From Amoebidium appalachense (Eukaryota; Protista; Ichthyosporea): a DNA stretch of 64,000 nucleotides. This document shows, piece by piece, positions 1-35,760 of the stretch. The stretch is from positions 3,147,979-3,211,978 of the forward strand of contig CAVNZM010000007.1 in the NCBI GenBank assembly GCA_963693365.1, read 5' to 3'. Under the pieces are notes generated by a model. The model searched no databases and was not told where the DNA came from. It saw nothing but the letters and a program-made list of their open reading frames with translations. The translations under genes were made by a program, and so were the position numbers. Position 1 is the first letter of the stretch. Each line of letters starts with the position of its first letter.

Positions 1-2712
1 TACTTCTTCTTTACGCGGAAATCCGTCCCACTAGCACAGTGCATGCTTGTGGCTCCACAGAAGCCAATCACGCTGCAGCAGTATGCCTTTGCTGCCGGGT
101 CGGGGTTGCAGCCGGCAGGAATGGTGGTGTTGGGGAGGAGGTACTTCTTGCCACATCTGTAATGGGTTAAGGGTATGAGTTTTAAAACTGTGCTTCATCG
201 ACAAAACGAAACAAAACAGAACGGAACAAAACAGAACAAAACGCATGTACGTACATTGGCGTGTTCGTGCGCATGCGTGGGTGCGCACGCGCGCACACAC
301 AAACACGCACGAGCATAAACAGGCAACATTGTAGTTGAAAAAAATGCTTCCACTAACTACCAATATTCCTACTTTTTTTTGTGTTTTATAGCAGGAAACT
401 AGTGGTTTCGGGTTCGAATTCGATTCTCGGGGGGGGGGGGGGGGGGGGGGGGGTTGAGAGCATAACAACTAGACATTTCTCTCAGAAGAACGGCAAAGCA
501 AAGAAAAAGCTGTGTGTGTATGTCTGTTTGGGGAGGGAGGGGAGGGGAGGGAAGAGAGAGGGGAAATGTGCTTCATTCTCTCAGAAGAACGGCAAAGCAA
601 AGAAAAGCTGTGTGTGTATGTCTGTTTGGGGAGGGAGCGGAGGGGAGGGAAGAGAGAGGGGAAATGTTTTTTTTCTTCTTTTTCTTTCTTTTTTTTTTTT
701 TTGGGGGGGGGGGGGGGAAGGGGGGGGGGGTACCGTTTGTCATCTCTCCACGTTTTTGTTGTTGGTGGGTCGCTCTTCACCCGGAAATCAATCGTTCCCG
801 GGCCGGTGCAGAACGTTGGACCCGACCCGCAAAACCCGGCAGCCGAACAGCAATACTTCCCCACGGAGATCGAAGGGTTGCATTGCGCTTGGTACCCCCC
901 CGGAAAATTGAACTGCGGCAGCCCACAGCGGTTGTCTGGTCTCCAGCGATTTTTTAGCGGCGCAATAGCAACGGGAGTGGGGGTTTTTTTAATTGTGGTG
1001 GTGGTGGTGGTGGTGGTGGTGGTGGGGGCGATTGTACGGGAGACCAGTCTTGTTGCTGTATTGGTGGTGGTGGTCGAGGTTGGGGTGGGGTTCGCGGGAA
1101 TAATCGTTGCCGGAGGCGTCGAAACTTGAGGAAGGAGGGATGCAATGGCCGAAGGGCCGGGTGTAGGGGGACTTGGTAAGGTTATGGGGGCCCCCACTGA
1201 ACGCAGCCAGTTGGTGTATTGGGAGACCTTGGTGTAGACACCGTAGACCCCTGGGATAGCACAACCAACTCCATAGCTCACAATGCCGACCTGTGGTGGG
1301 GTGGAAGAGTGATTCATGTGAATGTCGAAAACATAATAATCAAAGAGATGTTGGGCAAAGAGAACGGGCAACCTCGTAGGCAAGATGGCAAAAATGCCCC
1401 CCGGGGGGGGGAGGGGAACAGGATGTTTTTTGGGTATAAATGAGCACAAGAGGGAAGGTAAAAGGATAAAAAAAGGACCATGCAAAAAATGAAAAGAAAA
1501 GGGAAACCAGGCGGAAGGGGGAAGGCGGTAATACCGTACCTGCACCTCCTGCCCCGTTGCAGTCTTTGTAAACAGTGGGCCACCGCTATCGCCCACACAG
1601 GCGTCCTTCCCGCCCTGGTCGTAACCGGCACAGATTTTGCCTGGGGCCATGGGGCCGTAAACTTGGGAGCAGCGCTGATACCCTACAACTGGAACCGTCA
1701 CGGTGTACAGATCACGGTTTACTGATGTTTTTTCCCTGCGTTTTGGTTTTTGTTTTTTGGACGTAAGTTTGGAAGAGGAAGGAAAGGAGGAGGAGGTGTG
1801 TATGTGTGTGTGTGTGTGTGGGGAGGGGGGGGGGGGGAGGAAGGGAAGGTGGGAGGGTTTCAAGGTTAGTGTGTTATATGTGGCAACGTGCCGGTATGCA
1901 TGTGCAGCTTGAAAATCGATAAAAACGGATAGTACGAGGACGGCTTGGGTTGTTGAAATTCTTGTTCGGGAGCCCCAAATATTTTCCAGGAGTGGGGAAA
2001 GGGGGGAGGGGGATTGTAGAAGACGTTTCTCACTTATGTATATACATAGGCATAGAAAGCCGTACGAGTCTGCGGCAACGAACACGGAAAAAAGCATGTA
2101 CCAAAACCAAAGCCTGCATTTTTTTTTAGGGTGGGGAAGGGATGGGGGGGAGGGGACTTACTGGCTCAAGTAGCCCCATCCCATGACGTCCACCAAATCG
2201 TTCTCCTCCTCATTTTCGGGAAATTCTGGGGTGTTGACGGCCACAAATGGCGACGCTGTCGGCTTAGTCAACCTTACCACAGCAATGTCGTGGTTCATAG
2301 TTGCACGGTCATAGCTCGGATGCACAAAGTACGCTGCTACCTGAAACGATTGGAAGGTGCTCTGCCTGTCCAAGTTTATCCCGCCCATCATGACAATGTC
2401 GCTCTTGATGTACTTTGGTTGGATGCAGTGTGCAGCCGTAAGAACCCAGTCCTTTGCTATAAGCGAGCCACCGCAGTAGTGGTTGTAGTATCCATCCGGC
2501 CTCTTATACCCAAAAGAGACCATCCATGACTTTCCCGTTTTAACCATTGACCCACCAACTATTCTTGCATCTGGGATGATTTCAGGTTCTTGTTCGGGAA
2601 CATGAGCAACGCCTAGTGGGTTGTCGCGCGAATAACCCGGTGGCATGAGCAATCGCGCCGTTGTTGGCGTCAATGCTGTGCATAGGCACACAGCGAGTGT
2701 TTTGGGCATCAT
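1..2712 (-). CDS. Secreted trypsin-like S1 serine protease with Pro/Thr linker and two C-terminal hevein/chitin-binding type-1-like Cys-rich repeats (4 exons: 2712-2162, 1735-1540, 1290-734, 156-1; stop codon probably straddles the window edge)
   Basis: Signal-like N-terminus, activation site AR|IVGG, triad motifs LTAAHC, HDIAV and GDSGGP, S1 Asp (KDAC). Exons join in frame with GT-AG introns. Two repeats of WRxDxRCG...C...YCCSxxGFCG...C...DFR. Confidence 0.9.
472..667. repeat. Tandem duplication of ~100 bp in protease intron 3
   Basis: ttctctcagaagaacggcaaagcaaagaaaaagctgtgtgtgtatgtctgtttggggagggag...gaagagagaggggaaatgt occurs twice back to back. Confidence 0.85.
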
Positions 2713-3807
2713 TTCCGCTGGACGTCCGGTTCTTCTGTACTACACTATTGTTCGTTTTAGACCAGGACTACATGGGCGTTGGTTTGCGATTGGAACGACG
2801 TGCCCTCAGTGATGTTTCAGGGTTACACGTGCAAAAAAAACTCAGGGATCCCAAGAGGTATCCTTATTTGGTTGCTAGTCAATGTTAAGTCACGGGCCGA
2901 GTTTCTTTGCCAGGTTGAAACTAATGGCATATCTAAATATTAGTGTGTCAATCTCAAGCAACCATCTAGAAAAGACGAAAGAGGAGGGACAGAATTGGCA
3001 AAAAAGGCCTTAGTATTTTCCAACTACGTTACGAATGAGGCACGAGTTTTCCGTGTTTACGCGTTGTAGGCCTGCTCCTTAGGCTACTCTTCCGGACCTC
3101 GTACAGTTCTGTGTGAGGCTGTGTCTGCTTGAAACGAGAAAAATGTACCCACCGCGTGCACATTGTGCCGCTGCGACATCTGACTGGCGGAAAAGGACCT
3201 CCATAATTTGGGGTCCAAATAAATTACTGGTAATTTGTTTTTCCAAGTCTCTTGATATGTTCAGAGACTACATAAATATGTAATTGGTGTTTAAACTTTA
3301 ACATCTTCTTAAAAATATTATAGTATTTATAATGTTCATCAATCAATAAAAAAGCGCAACATCTAGCGGATGCAGAGTTTTTCCCAATCCGTAATGAAAT
3401 TGAAGCTTGTGGATATTAGTACCCCCTCGGTGAGGTTTCGAAACGCTAGGGCCTGAATAGTCGGCATACCAACAAGTGCTATTCACCAATCATATTGCTT
3501 CTGCAACATTCTTCTGATAACTCTGATAAAATCTCACACTGATACTCCAATCACGCCGAGCAGCACTATGTCATCATAGCCTCTCTAACACATACACGTC
3601 CTATCTCAACTTTTTTAAAGCATAGAAGCAAATACTCAGAACAAACTATGTTTTTTACTACTATTTCTTTACATGTTCCACTACATACATATGCGCAATC
3701 AACACAATTTTAGGGAGACCCCTGTGCAGCGGCGCAGCCCAGCGCCGCCGCGCGCGCCATCCGGGATAAAAGTAACCAATCGCTTCTATCTTTGTATACA
3801 TCATACA

Positions 3808-3943
3808 GGGGTTTACGCTGTTTACTCGAGGCAAAGAGAACCAGTCTCAGGTATGGGGGGGGGGGGGGGTTTGCTCGGAATATCCCCTCAGCGGTATATC
3901 ATGATCACGTACATAGATGTCGGGTGGTGACTATATATCAGGG
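3808..3943. repeat. Dispersed repeat family B, copy 1 (next to the LINE 3' end)
   Basis: Aligns closely with 39721-39853 (gctgtttactcgagg...cagtctcaggtatggggg...ttgctcgga-tatcccctcag-ggtatatcatgatca-gtaca-agatgtcgggtg). Confidence 0.85.
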
Positions 3944-4005
3944 TTTACTTTCTCTACGAGACACCATAAAGACTACAAGGAGAAATCAATTAGTTGGGGT
4001 TCCCC

Positions 4006-4053
<48 letters not shown>

Positions 4054-4085
4054 GGGCTCCCCTCGGGACACTCGGTATCAGCTGG

Positions 4086-4144
<59 letters not shown>

Positions 4145-6920
4145 TGTGTGTGTGTGCGCGTGCGCTATAATTTTGTAGTGATGTGTTTCTCAAGCCAATC
4201 AATACATCTAATAAACAGGTCGTAGTTACGCGTGTTTAGTATAAAATCAAGGATGTTGTAATTTACAGGTAGGCTATCTTTCTGGGTGTCTGTTGTGAAT
4301 GTGACGTGTGTGTGTTGCGGTATTATGTGGTCTATCAAACTACATTTGGCGATACATGACCGGTTAAACTGGTGTGTGTGTGTGTTGTTTGGGCATGCAA
4401 ATGATGCCACCTTATACTTATTAGATCTCCACTGTATAGCACGTGTACAGTAAAAGCGTGGTAATTGATCAATAATACCATCAGCTAGAGAAAGACCAGT
4501 TCTACAGGAAGGTAATATGTATTTAGGTGTTATACACTTGCGAGTGCCATATTTGGCAATATGGTTGAGGCGGTCAGTATATATAAAACGAGACATAAGG
4601 CTTAGTTTTTCAAGGTGTATGCTTTCATCGGGTCTAGTGTCGTGTGGTATCTTTTTCCATTTGTTATATTGCGTGATTATCTTGTGATTGTGTACATGTT
4701 TAATAAGTAAGTGGCAGTCCAAAGTCACACACACACTATTGCGGGGTTTATTTGTATTTGTGCCCAGGGGAGAAGGGGAGAGAGAGGGGAGGAAAGAGGG
4801 GAGAGGTGAGGAGGGGACAGGTCGGATAGAGAAGAGAGGGTGGGAGGGCAAATACTTCTTTAAGCGGCTTATGTGCTTATTGAATTTCAGCGCGAGATAG
4901 GATACTCTAGCAGCTATTGGGACCAGACCATATATCGAGAGCGTTACAGGCCCAGGTTTACAACAGTTGTTAGATAGAAAGGAGGCAACTTCTGCTTCAA
5001 GGAAATTTGCCAAGGGTTTAAGCGCTCTAGTTCTCTCTTTCTTGATCCAAGCGGCGAGAAGGGGTAAACCATATTCACATGCCGGGAAGACAAAAGTGCG
5101 AATAAATGTAAGTCTAATAGAAGGATGGAGGGGTGTGTCTTTAAAAATATTAGCCGAGAAGAAAGCTAACCGCTTACGAGCCAACTCTACCCTCTTTTCG
5201 ACCATATGGGGAAACATAACACCAACAGAATCAACCGGAACACCAAGATATTTGTATTCTGGAACTATAGGTACAGGTTTAGATGATAATGTAAATGTGT
5301 GTAAATTGTTAGCTATATCAGGTACAAGAACACCACATTTGTCTATGTTAAGGATCATAAGGTTTGCCTTGCACCACTCTGACACTACATCGAACAATCT
5401 TTGCAGGCGTCTAGGGGTACGGGCAAGGAGGGACAGATCATCAGCATAGAGAAGTGCAGGCGGAGAGTTATTAATAGGGTCATCGTTTTCGGCGTAAATC
5501 TTGACAGCCAAATCATCTATAAATAGGTTAAACAAAAAGGGGCTAAGCAATGAACCCTGCAAGAGACCTCTAGTACGAGCAAAACCATATGAAAGATGCC
5601 CATTAACCACAGCTCTACCATAGGTTTGAGACAAGAGTGCTTCTAACAGAACACCAATGCAGTGTGGTACACCCCGTGCAGCAAGCTTTTCCCATAGGAG
5701 ACCAGGGGAGACAGAATCGTAAGCAGTTTTCCAATCAATAAAGCCAACATATTGTGCACCAACTTGCATAGAATCGTGCAGTGCCATTATTTGAACATAA
5801 CATGAATTGTTTTTACGAAAAGCGGATTGGCATGGGTGTATGTGAAGAATAGATTGAAACCTAGGGTGATGTGCAAATAACCTAAGTAAGCAAGCTTCAA
5901 AGAATCTACGAACAACCTGGGTTAGTGTAATGGGGCGAAAGGATGATATGGGGCCCTCAGAGTCCTTCTTAACTATGGGGATCACTAAGGTATCTAACCA
6001 AGATGACGGGACATGTCCACATTTAACACACCAAGAAAAGAGAGAGCTTAACATGATAGTAAGATCAGGTTTAATAGCACGATCACTTTCCTTTTGTGGG
6101 TAGGAGGGAACAAGGATTTTAAGAAACCCAGCAGGGAGTCCATCAGGTCCACAAGACTTACTAGAGCTATAACTAGATATCACAGACCATATGGCATCGG
6201 GACTGAAAAAGGGGAGGATCGATTCTATGGGGATAGATGGGTCTACAGGCCACACAATAGGTTTCTGAGCGGGGGTCCTATCTTTAAACAGTTCCGAGAA
6301 ATACTTATCAGAGTCTATGAGGGGGTCTCCAGTGGTATCACCAATAATACGAGCAGGGGGGCCAAATCGATTCATACTAGCAAGCCGGCGCAAGCTTTCC
6401 TTTTGAGACAGGGGTTCACCTAGTCTAGCGGGAGTGGTGTTTGGTAACAAGAGAGCATCGGGATATTCCTTCCTACCACCGCCAGCATAATCACCGAGAT
6501 CTATCAAATCATCAACAATAAAGTTAGTGCATGTATCTAGTACGAGATGTGAATCTGGCCTGGCTTGTGCAGATTCTAATAGGCGCATATATATAGGGTG
6601 TTTCGTAGCATAGCATACACATACATCAACTCTACCCCACTGTGACTTAAGCTGGGATAGACGGAGGCGAAAGGTGGGAGGGGGAGGGGGGAGCAGATCA
6701 AGGGAGATCTTAGGTAGGAAAAGGATAGGAGAGTGGTCAGATGACCTAGAGAGGTTAGGAGGGAGAGAGAGTTTTGACATGGTTGATGGCCAAAAGGCCA
6801 CTCCCCAGTCGGTGTTGTGGGCATGGGATATTTGAGGGAACCGCAAAGTGTGACTTTGGACATACCTTGCTAAAGGGATAGCACGCTCCGGGGGCTTAGA
6901 TGGGTACCCGACACTCACTT
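4006..6920 (-). mobile_element. 5'-truncated non-LTR retrotransposon (LINE, APE-type) with (CA)n-containing 3' UTR and poly(A) tail
   Basis: Intronless ~2.8-kb ORF in an intron-rich genome. A ~44-nt poly-T at 4006-4049 is poly(A) on the minus strand, ~115 nt after the stop. Only the terminal SDH motif of the APE endonuclease is present. Confidence 0.85.
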
Positions 6921-6984
6921 GCAGTGTGTCTGTGTGGGGGCACACACGCAGAGGCGTCGCAGACACACGGTACGCGTGACACAC
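4165..6984 (-). CDS. LINE ORF2 remnant: C-terminal APE fragment + reverse transcriptase + Cys/His-rich C-terminus (939 open codons, no true initiator)
   Basis: SSDHSPI (APE end); SCGPDG, FRPITL, FIDWKTAYDSV, RGLLQGSLLSPFLFNLFIDDL, LLYADDL, NIDKC, YKYLGV (non-LTR RT motifs); ACPNNTHTHQFNRSCIAKC near the C-terminus. Confidence 0.9.
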   Translation of the reverse strand: MCHAYRVSATPLRVCPHTDTLQVSVGYPSKPPERAIPLARYVQSHTLRFPQISHAHNTDWGVAFWPSTMSKLSLPPNLSRSSDHSPILFLPKISLDLLPPPPPTFRLRLSQLKSQWGRVDVCVCYATKHPIYMRLLESAQARPDSHLVLDTCTNFIVDDLIDLGDYAGGGRKEYPDALLLPNTTPARLGEPLSQKESLRRLASMNRFGPPARIIGDTTGDPLIDSDKYFSELFKDRTPAQKPIVWPVDPSIPIESILPFFSPDAIWSVISSYSSSKSCGPDGLPAGFLKILVPSYPQKESDRAIKPDLTIMLSSLFSWCVKCGHVPSSWLDTLVIPIVKKDSEGPISSFRPITLTQVVRRFFEACLLRLFAHHPRFQSILHIHPCQSAFRKNNSCYVQIMALHDSMQVGAQYVGFIDWKTAYDSVSPGLLWEKLAARGVPHCIGVLLEALLSQTYGRAVVNGHLSYGFARTRGLLQGSLLSPFLFNLFIDDLAVKIYAENDDPINNSPPALLYADDLSLLARTPRRLQRLFDVVSEWCKANLMILNIDKCGVLVPDIANNLHTFTLSSKPVPIVPEYKYLGVPVDSVGVMFPHMVEKRVELARKRLAFFSANIFKDTPLHPSIRLTFIRTFVFPACEYGLPLLAAWIKKERTRALKPLANFLEAEVASFLSNNCCKPGPVTLSIYGLVPIAARVSYLALKFNKHISRLKKYLPSHPLFSIRPVPSSPLPSFLPSLSPSPLGTNTNKPRNSVCVTLDCHLLIKHVHNHKIITQYNKWKKIPHDTRPDESIHLEKLSLMSRFIYTDRLNHIAKYGTRKCITPKYILPSCRTGLSLADGIIDQLPRFYCTRAIQWRSNKYKVASFACPNNTHTHQFNRSCIAKCSLIDHIIPQHTHVTFTTDTQKDSLPVNYNILDFILNTRNYDLFIRCIDWLEKHITTKL

Positions 6985-7202
6985 GCAGGAAGATACGTGT
7001 ACGCCGAACGCACGGGTAACTTGAACTTCACCTCGATCATTTATTCAACAAAGTTTCGTGTGGTAACGTAGCTTGTACCGTACTGCCGTATGCACGGGCA
7101 ATGTTTGTATAGGAGTTGTGTACTGAATTGTCCAACTGAGAAATAGTGCACCTCGTCCACAACACATTTATGTCTTTACAATTTTAAAATTCTTCGGTTG
7201 CC

Positions 7203-20868
<13,666 letters not shown>

Positions 20869-21552
20869 ATTCAGTGTTGGGAGAAATAGGTTGCAAGTGC
20901 CACATGGCATGGGTTGAAATGTTGAGTTCGGGGTTCAATTTGAAAGGGGGTCCGTGTTTCGACGGGTTGTTTTGTTGCAGACGTGTTTGTTAGGGTGTAG
21001 GCGTGGCAGCCGCTGCCTTTGGTGATTGGTTTGTATATAGATTGATGATCTAAATGACTACCACCCAACATAGATTTTTAGGACCTGTGATTAAAATTTC
21101 TCAAATTTTTGCCACACAAATTGATTGAATCCCCCCTGCGCCATGTAAGGTTTTGGCCAAAGATTCAAGACCAAGCGAAATGACGTGTTCTCCTTTTTCG
21201 AAACCCTTAGTATACATTGATTGTGTCTAATATATTTAGCAACCAACTCTTCCTGTACATGTTGAAGTACTTCCACTGATTCTATATTTTTAAAATGTAC
21301 AATATCTCACATCCAGAATATCTCACCTCTATTTTATCTCAGATACCTAGCCGGACCCGCAACACACAAATCTGTCATTCATAGTTTCATACAACACTCG
21401 TTTCACAGTTTCCTGCCACGATCAACAGAGCACTCCCAAAAGAACCTAGTATACATGCTGCTGTGGAAAAGGAAATAATAAATAAAACGCTAAAATTCTG
21501 GTCACTGCAGTCATTAAAAACTCGAAAAATAATATTGAATAAAAAAGGGGCC

Positions 21553-21602
<50 letters not shown>

Positions 21603-21722
21603 GGGGGGATGGCGGAGTGTGCAGGCGGGAGTTTTGAGAGTGGAACGTGGAACCTTGTCCGTGTGCGTGTGTGCTTGTAGGGGGGAGAGGGGGGGATCAG
21701 TGAAAATTCGGCATTTTTCAAA

Positions 21723-22523
21723 TCACGAAATCGTACAGCAGCATCCCTTCCTCTCGTCCGGCTTCATCTTCAACACGTTAAGGGTCGCAAACACCTGGTC
21801 GTTGTTCTGAAAATGGTCCTCCACATAACCATCCATCACCCCATACCCCCAGAAATTGTCCAGATTTCGCACGTAGGCGCCCAACGTTGACCCGGTGGCG
21901 TAGGTGTAGAGGGCCATGCCATCCTGTGCTTTGTCCGCCTTACCGCATTGGTGTTCAACGAATTTTCGCGCAATCTGGGTTTTTAGTTCCGAAATACTCC
22001 AATGAGTGTATGCCAACACAACAAGGTTCGGTCCCTGTGTACCAACATGACATGTCAGTCGGTGAAAGTTGAGAGAGCTTGAAATCATGAAGGCCAAAAA
22101 AAAAAAAAAGGGGGGGGGGGGGGGGAGATACTAGTACCTATCAAGATAAGAAAGCAAACGAAAAAAGCCAACTACTCTCAACACCCATTTATCACCATTT
22201 ACTATTAACCATTTATTGCGGCGGCGGCAGCCTTTAGGGGGGGGGGGAGGGGGGGGGGGGGGGGGAGAATGAAGGGTTCCGGATGGTTTTTTTCCATAAG
22301 CCAGGACACGAATACCCCAGGGGGGAGGGGGGGGGGAGGGGGGGCCTAGGGTAGCATCACTGATAAAATGCCCAAAAACAAGGGGTGCCAATACCCACTG
22401 ATAAGCTGGCAAATCTAGATGTTGGAGTGCATTCGGGCCATGGGTAAACCTCAGTAAACACTTCCTAAAAACGACCAGGTGATGGTGTATCCATCCACGA
22501 GCATTAGACAAGCAAACACCAAC

Positions 22524-22558
<35 letters not shown>

Positions 22559-22584
22559 TTCAAGCCCCTCCCCCGGCCCCTCAC

Positions 22585-22618
<34 letters not shown>

Positions 22619-22682
22619 AAAGGAGAAAGAAAGGACCATGCCCCACATATGCTGTTAATAATGGCTGCGGCACACACAACCC

Positions 22683-22717
<35 letters not shown>

Positions 22718-23340
22718 CCCACAAAAAAAAAACAAAAAAAAACAAACAAAAAAAAACACCAACACCCACACCCACACCCACTCACCCACACGCACCCACC
22801 CACCCACCAACACACACATACACACACACACACACACACACCACACACACACACACACACCTGTGACTGGCTCTTGTCTCTGTGCACCACCTTGCACACA
22901 ACATTCAGTGCCAATCTATTACTTCCCTGCACCCTCCCTCCACCTCCACCCATCACCCCGTATGGTGCTTGACCCGAACCGTTGTAGGTCGACCCGAACG
23001 GTTGCCCTTCAACCAGCGGAACACCCCCCTGCACCACAGCAGGCATAGAAGCACGGTGATTCAGTTGAAAAGGGTGTGTGTTCTGCTCATATGAAGAACC
23101 TGAGTGTCCCGATTGCCCCACGTTATGTGGATCGGGCATGGAGTTTCCATAACCCGGTTGAAGCTGGTTTGTGCCTGTAACATCCCCGTTTAATCCTGCC
23201 CACGACACACCGTGTAGGTCTGGATGTGTGGCTGCATGTTGTGTGTGCACACCGGCACCTGTCGGGCCCTGCGGCCAATAGCCCCCATATGTTTCGGGGT
23301 TAGGGAATGCGTTATAGTGGGGAGGCTGGTCATGGGCCAT
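21723..23340 (-). CDS. Hypothetical protein (~285 aa): Gly/Pro/Gln-rich disordered N-terminus, possible ubiquitin-like fold, C-terminal CAAX (GCCCTIS*); exons 23340-22861, 22464-22399, 22034-21723
   Basis: Three exons join in phase 0 with GT-AG introns. VLAYTHWSISELKTQIARKF...VEDHFQNNDQVF resembles a beta-grasp pattern. Terminal prenylation/palmitoylation-type motif. Confidence 0.7.
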
Positions 23341-23624
23341 TTTTGTGGGTGTGTGGTCACAGGGATGTGTGGACCAGGGTGGGATCTTGGGGGTTGATTG
23401 GGATCGTTGTCGTATGGTCACGCAAACCTAAAAAGTAAACCTTATAGGTTAGAAAACGGTGCAGCACCGTGACATGCGTTCATGCCAGCAAAACTTCGTG
23501 TTGGTATAAGTGTTGCAATTGGTATACGGCTTGGGGATCAGTTTCTTAGTTTTCTATATTAGCTTTGAAAATAGTTTTGTGTTTCCGAACTCTGTTCAAT
23601 CAAGAGTACAAGAGACCTACAGCG

Positions 23625-23770
23625 CTGGTGACTCATGAGCGGATTTCTCAAGAACCACGGTCATGAGTCATAAGGAGACCTAATGACGTCAGCAAGATCC
23701 GACTTGCGCAAACACCTCTGCAGCGATTGGCCTATTGAGCATCAAGAAAAGGATGACGTCAGCAAATCTA
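23625..23770. promoter_or_regulatory. Cluster of bZIP-type palindromes upstream of the CAAX gene
   Basis: TGACTCA 23629, TGAGTCA 23664, TGACGTCA 23684 and 23754, TTGCGCAA 23704, ATTGG ~23726. Confidence 0.5.
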
Positions 23771-24055
23771 AGTGAGAAATTCCAAATTTCATGACTGGGA
23801 TATCACAAGGTCGCTGGGGTCAAAAAAAAAAAAAAAAAAAAGGAAAGAACGAAAAAGCTGAGGAAAAAAGGGAGAGGTTTACACGGTCTACATTTTAGGA
23901 AAGAAAGAAGAATGGAAAAAAAAGGAAACAACAGGAAGGGGTGTATGTGTGTGTGTGTGTGTGTGTGTGGCCCCAGAGGGGGGGGGGGGGGGGGGGGGAA
24001 GGGGGGAGGGGAAGGGGGTTGACCCAGCCATCTTGAAACCCCCCCCCCCCCCTCC

Positions 24056-24086
<31 letters not shown>

Positions 24087-24261
24087 AAAAGTCAAAACAA
24101 ATACAGAAATGAACAGACGCCGATGTTTATTGAGTCTGTTCAGTGACAATTGCAGAAGGAATATACTTAGGAGTCCAAACCCCTAGCGTTAACTTCAAGT
24201 ACTTCAGCACAGATTTCAACTATCGAGGCAAAAAAAAACACATTTTTGTCAAAAGCCTCCC

Positions 24262-24295
<34 letters not shown>

Positions 24296-24579
24296 GTTTT
24301 CAGTGCCTGCAATTTCTAAACACACTTTGTGGCTGCATAACTTTTTTGTTGAACTAGATTTCTAGCTAGTGTTATGGAATGCACCAAATCCATCTTTACA
24401 CCAAGTACCATTCATTTTTAAGGCCTTATGACGTCACCTGCTCGTCTTCAGCATTCCCTCCCCCCCCCCCCCCCCCCCCCCCTCCCTCCCTCCCCCCCCC
24501 ATAAAAAATAAAAACAAAAACAGAAAAAAAAAAAGGAAAACCAGAGGACTATCAAATTGATAAAAGGGGGAAAAGGCAA

Positions 24580-24622
<43 letters not shown>

Positions 24623-24666
24623 TTTCCCACCCACCCACCCACCCACCCACCTAACCTTTAAAGGTG

Positions 24667-34738
<10,072 letters not shown>

Positions 34739-35559
34739 GGCTGTGATGTCCTAACGGACTTTCAGTTTAGAGATGCGTGTCAGTTTTTTGGAAACCATGT
34801 GCGTCGCCGAAAAGATCGTGCAGGCCCGAAGTCCGCAACATCACAGCTAAATACTGAGGTGACAGAAGACATCAACATCATGCTTACGCGAGGAAACTAT
34901 GCTGATGTGGCAAAAGGCTAGACTCCACGCGCAGCTACAATGCATCAGGGTCAAAGCGTGATAAGAAACAAACAAGCCATACCTTATTGGCGGCACGAAG
35001 CCAGCAGTTGAGGGGCTTCGCTTGCGTGCTCAAGTCCGCACAGAAGTTCAACAGCCGGGTTTCGTCCTCCGCCGCTCAAAGACTGTATGTGCGTCAACTA
35101 CAGAAAGGCATACATAGGTATGCGCAGATGCAGAGTGGATGTTGCAAAATTTTGTACCTGTACTTCTTTTTTTCTACCTGTCTGTTTTAAGAAGTCTGCG
35201 ACGCCTGAAACATGGCAGCCCAAGTTGAACACAACCGGTACAAGCGATGGTTAGCTTAAAGGAGGCAAACAGCCACCTATAATTACTGATATGCACCTGC
35301 TACTACCCTTGGTTTCAAACGCTTCGAATTTCAATCCAATAAGGGGGATTCGCCTTCCACACTAACACCTTTAAACCTTTCAAAGTTATGACGTGCCCCT
35401 AAAACATGAAATACAGGTTCTCTCTCAGAGAGCACGAACGGCTCTGGGCGTGTGGTGGTTGACTGAGCCGCGGAAAAGTGCGCAAGCACAAAAACAAGAG
35501 GCGCGCCAGTCTACAAAATGATTACCGTTTACCGAGCGCAACAGACCGAATATCGCGGT

Positions 35560-35760
35560 GAAGATCAATGATAAATGACGTCAAAAGTAGCCGTTTTCGT
35601 TGCGCAAAACATCTTGTTGATCCAATCAAATCGTGCATATTTCGAAGAGCAAGTGTCTACCAATCGTCAATAACCATTTTAGGTACTCATAAGATCCTTA
35701 CTCAAAAGCCTTACTCAAAAGAGCCTCCACATATGACGTCACTTTTAACATCAATAAACG
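35560..35760. promoter_or_regulatory. Putative bidirectional promoter core between divergent RXT3 and RPB9
   Basis: TGACGTCA at 35576 and 35734, TTGCGCAA at 35600, CCAAT at ~35622 and ~35660; the region is free of microsatellites. Confidence 0.5.

Noticed and set aside
388-425. GGTTCGAATT B-box-like motif
   Set aside because: No A box at a suitable distance and no acceptor stem.
4165-6984. Penelope-like, telomerase, retron or group II intron interpretation of the RT
   Set aside because: Motifs (GPDG, RPITL, QGSxLSPxLFN, YADD, YLG, upstream SDH, poly(A)) fit an APE-type LINE; no GIY-YIG or maturase features.
21091-21276. 61-aa ORF on the minus strand between convergent genes
   Set aside because: Non-ATG start, AT-rich, no motifs; probably 3' UTR or intergenic.
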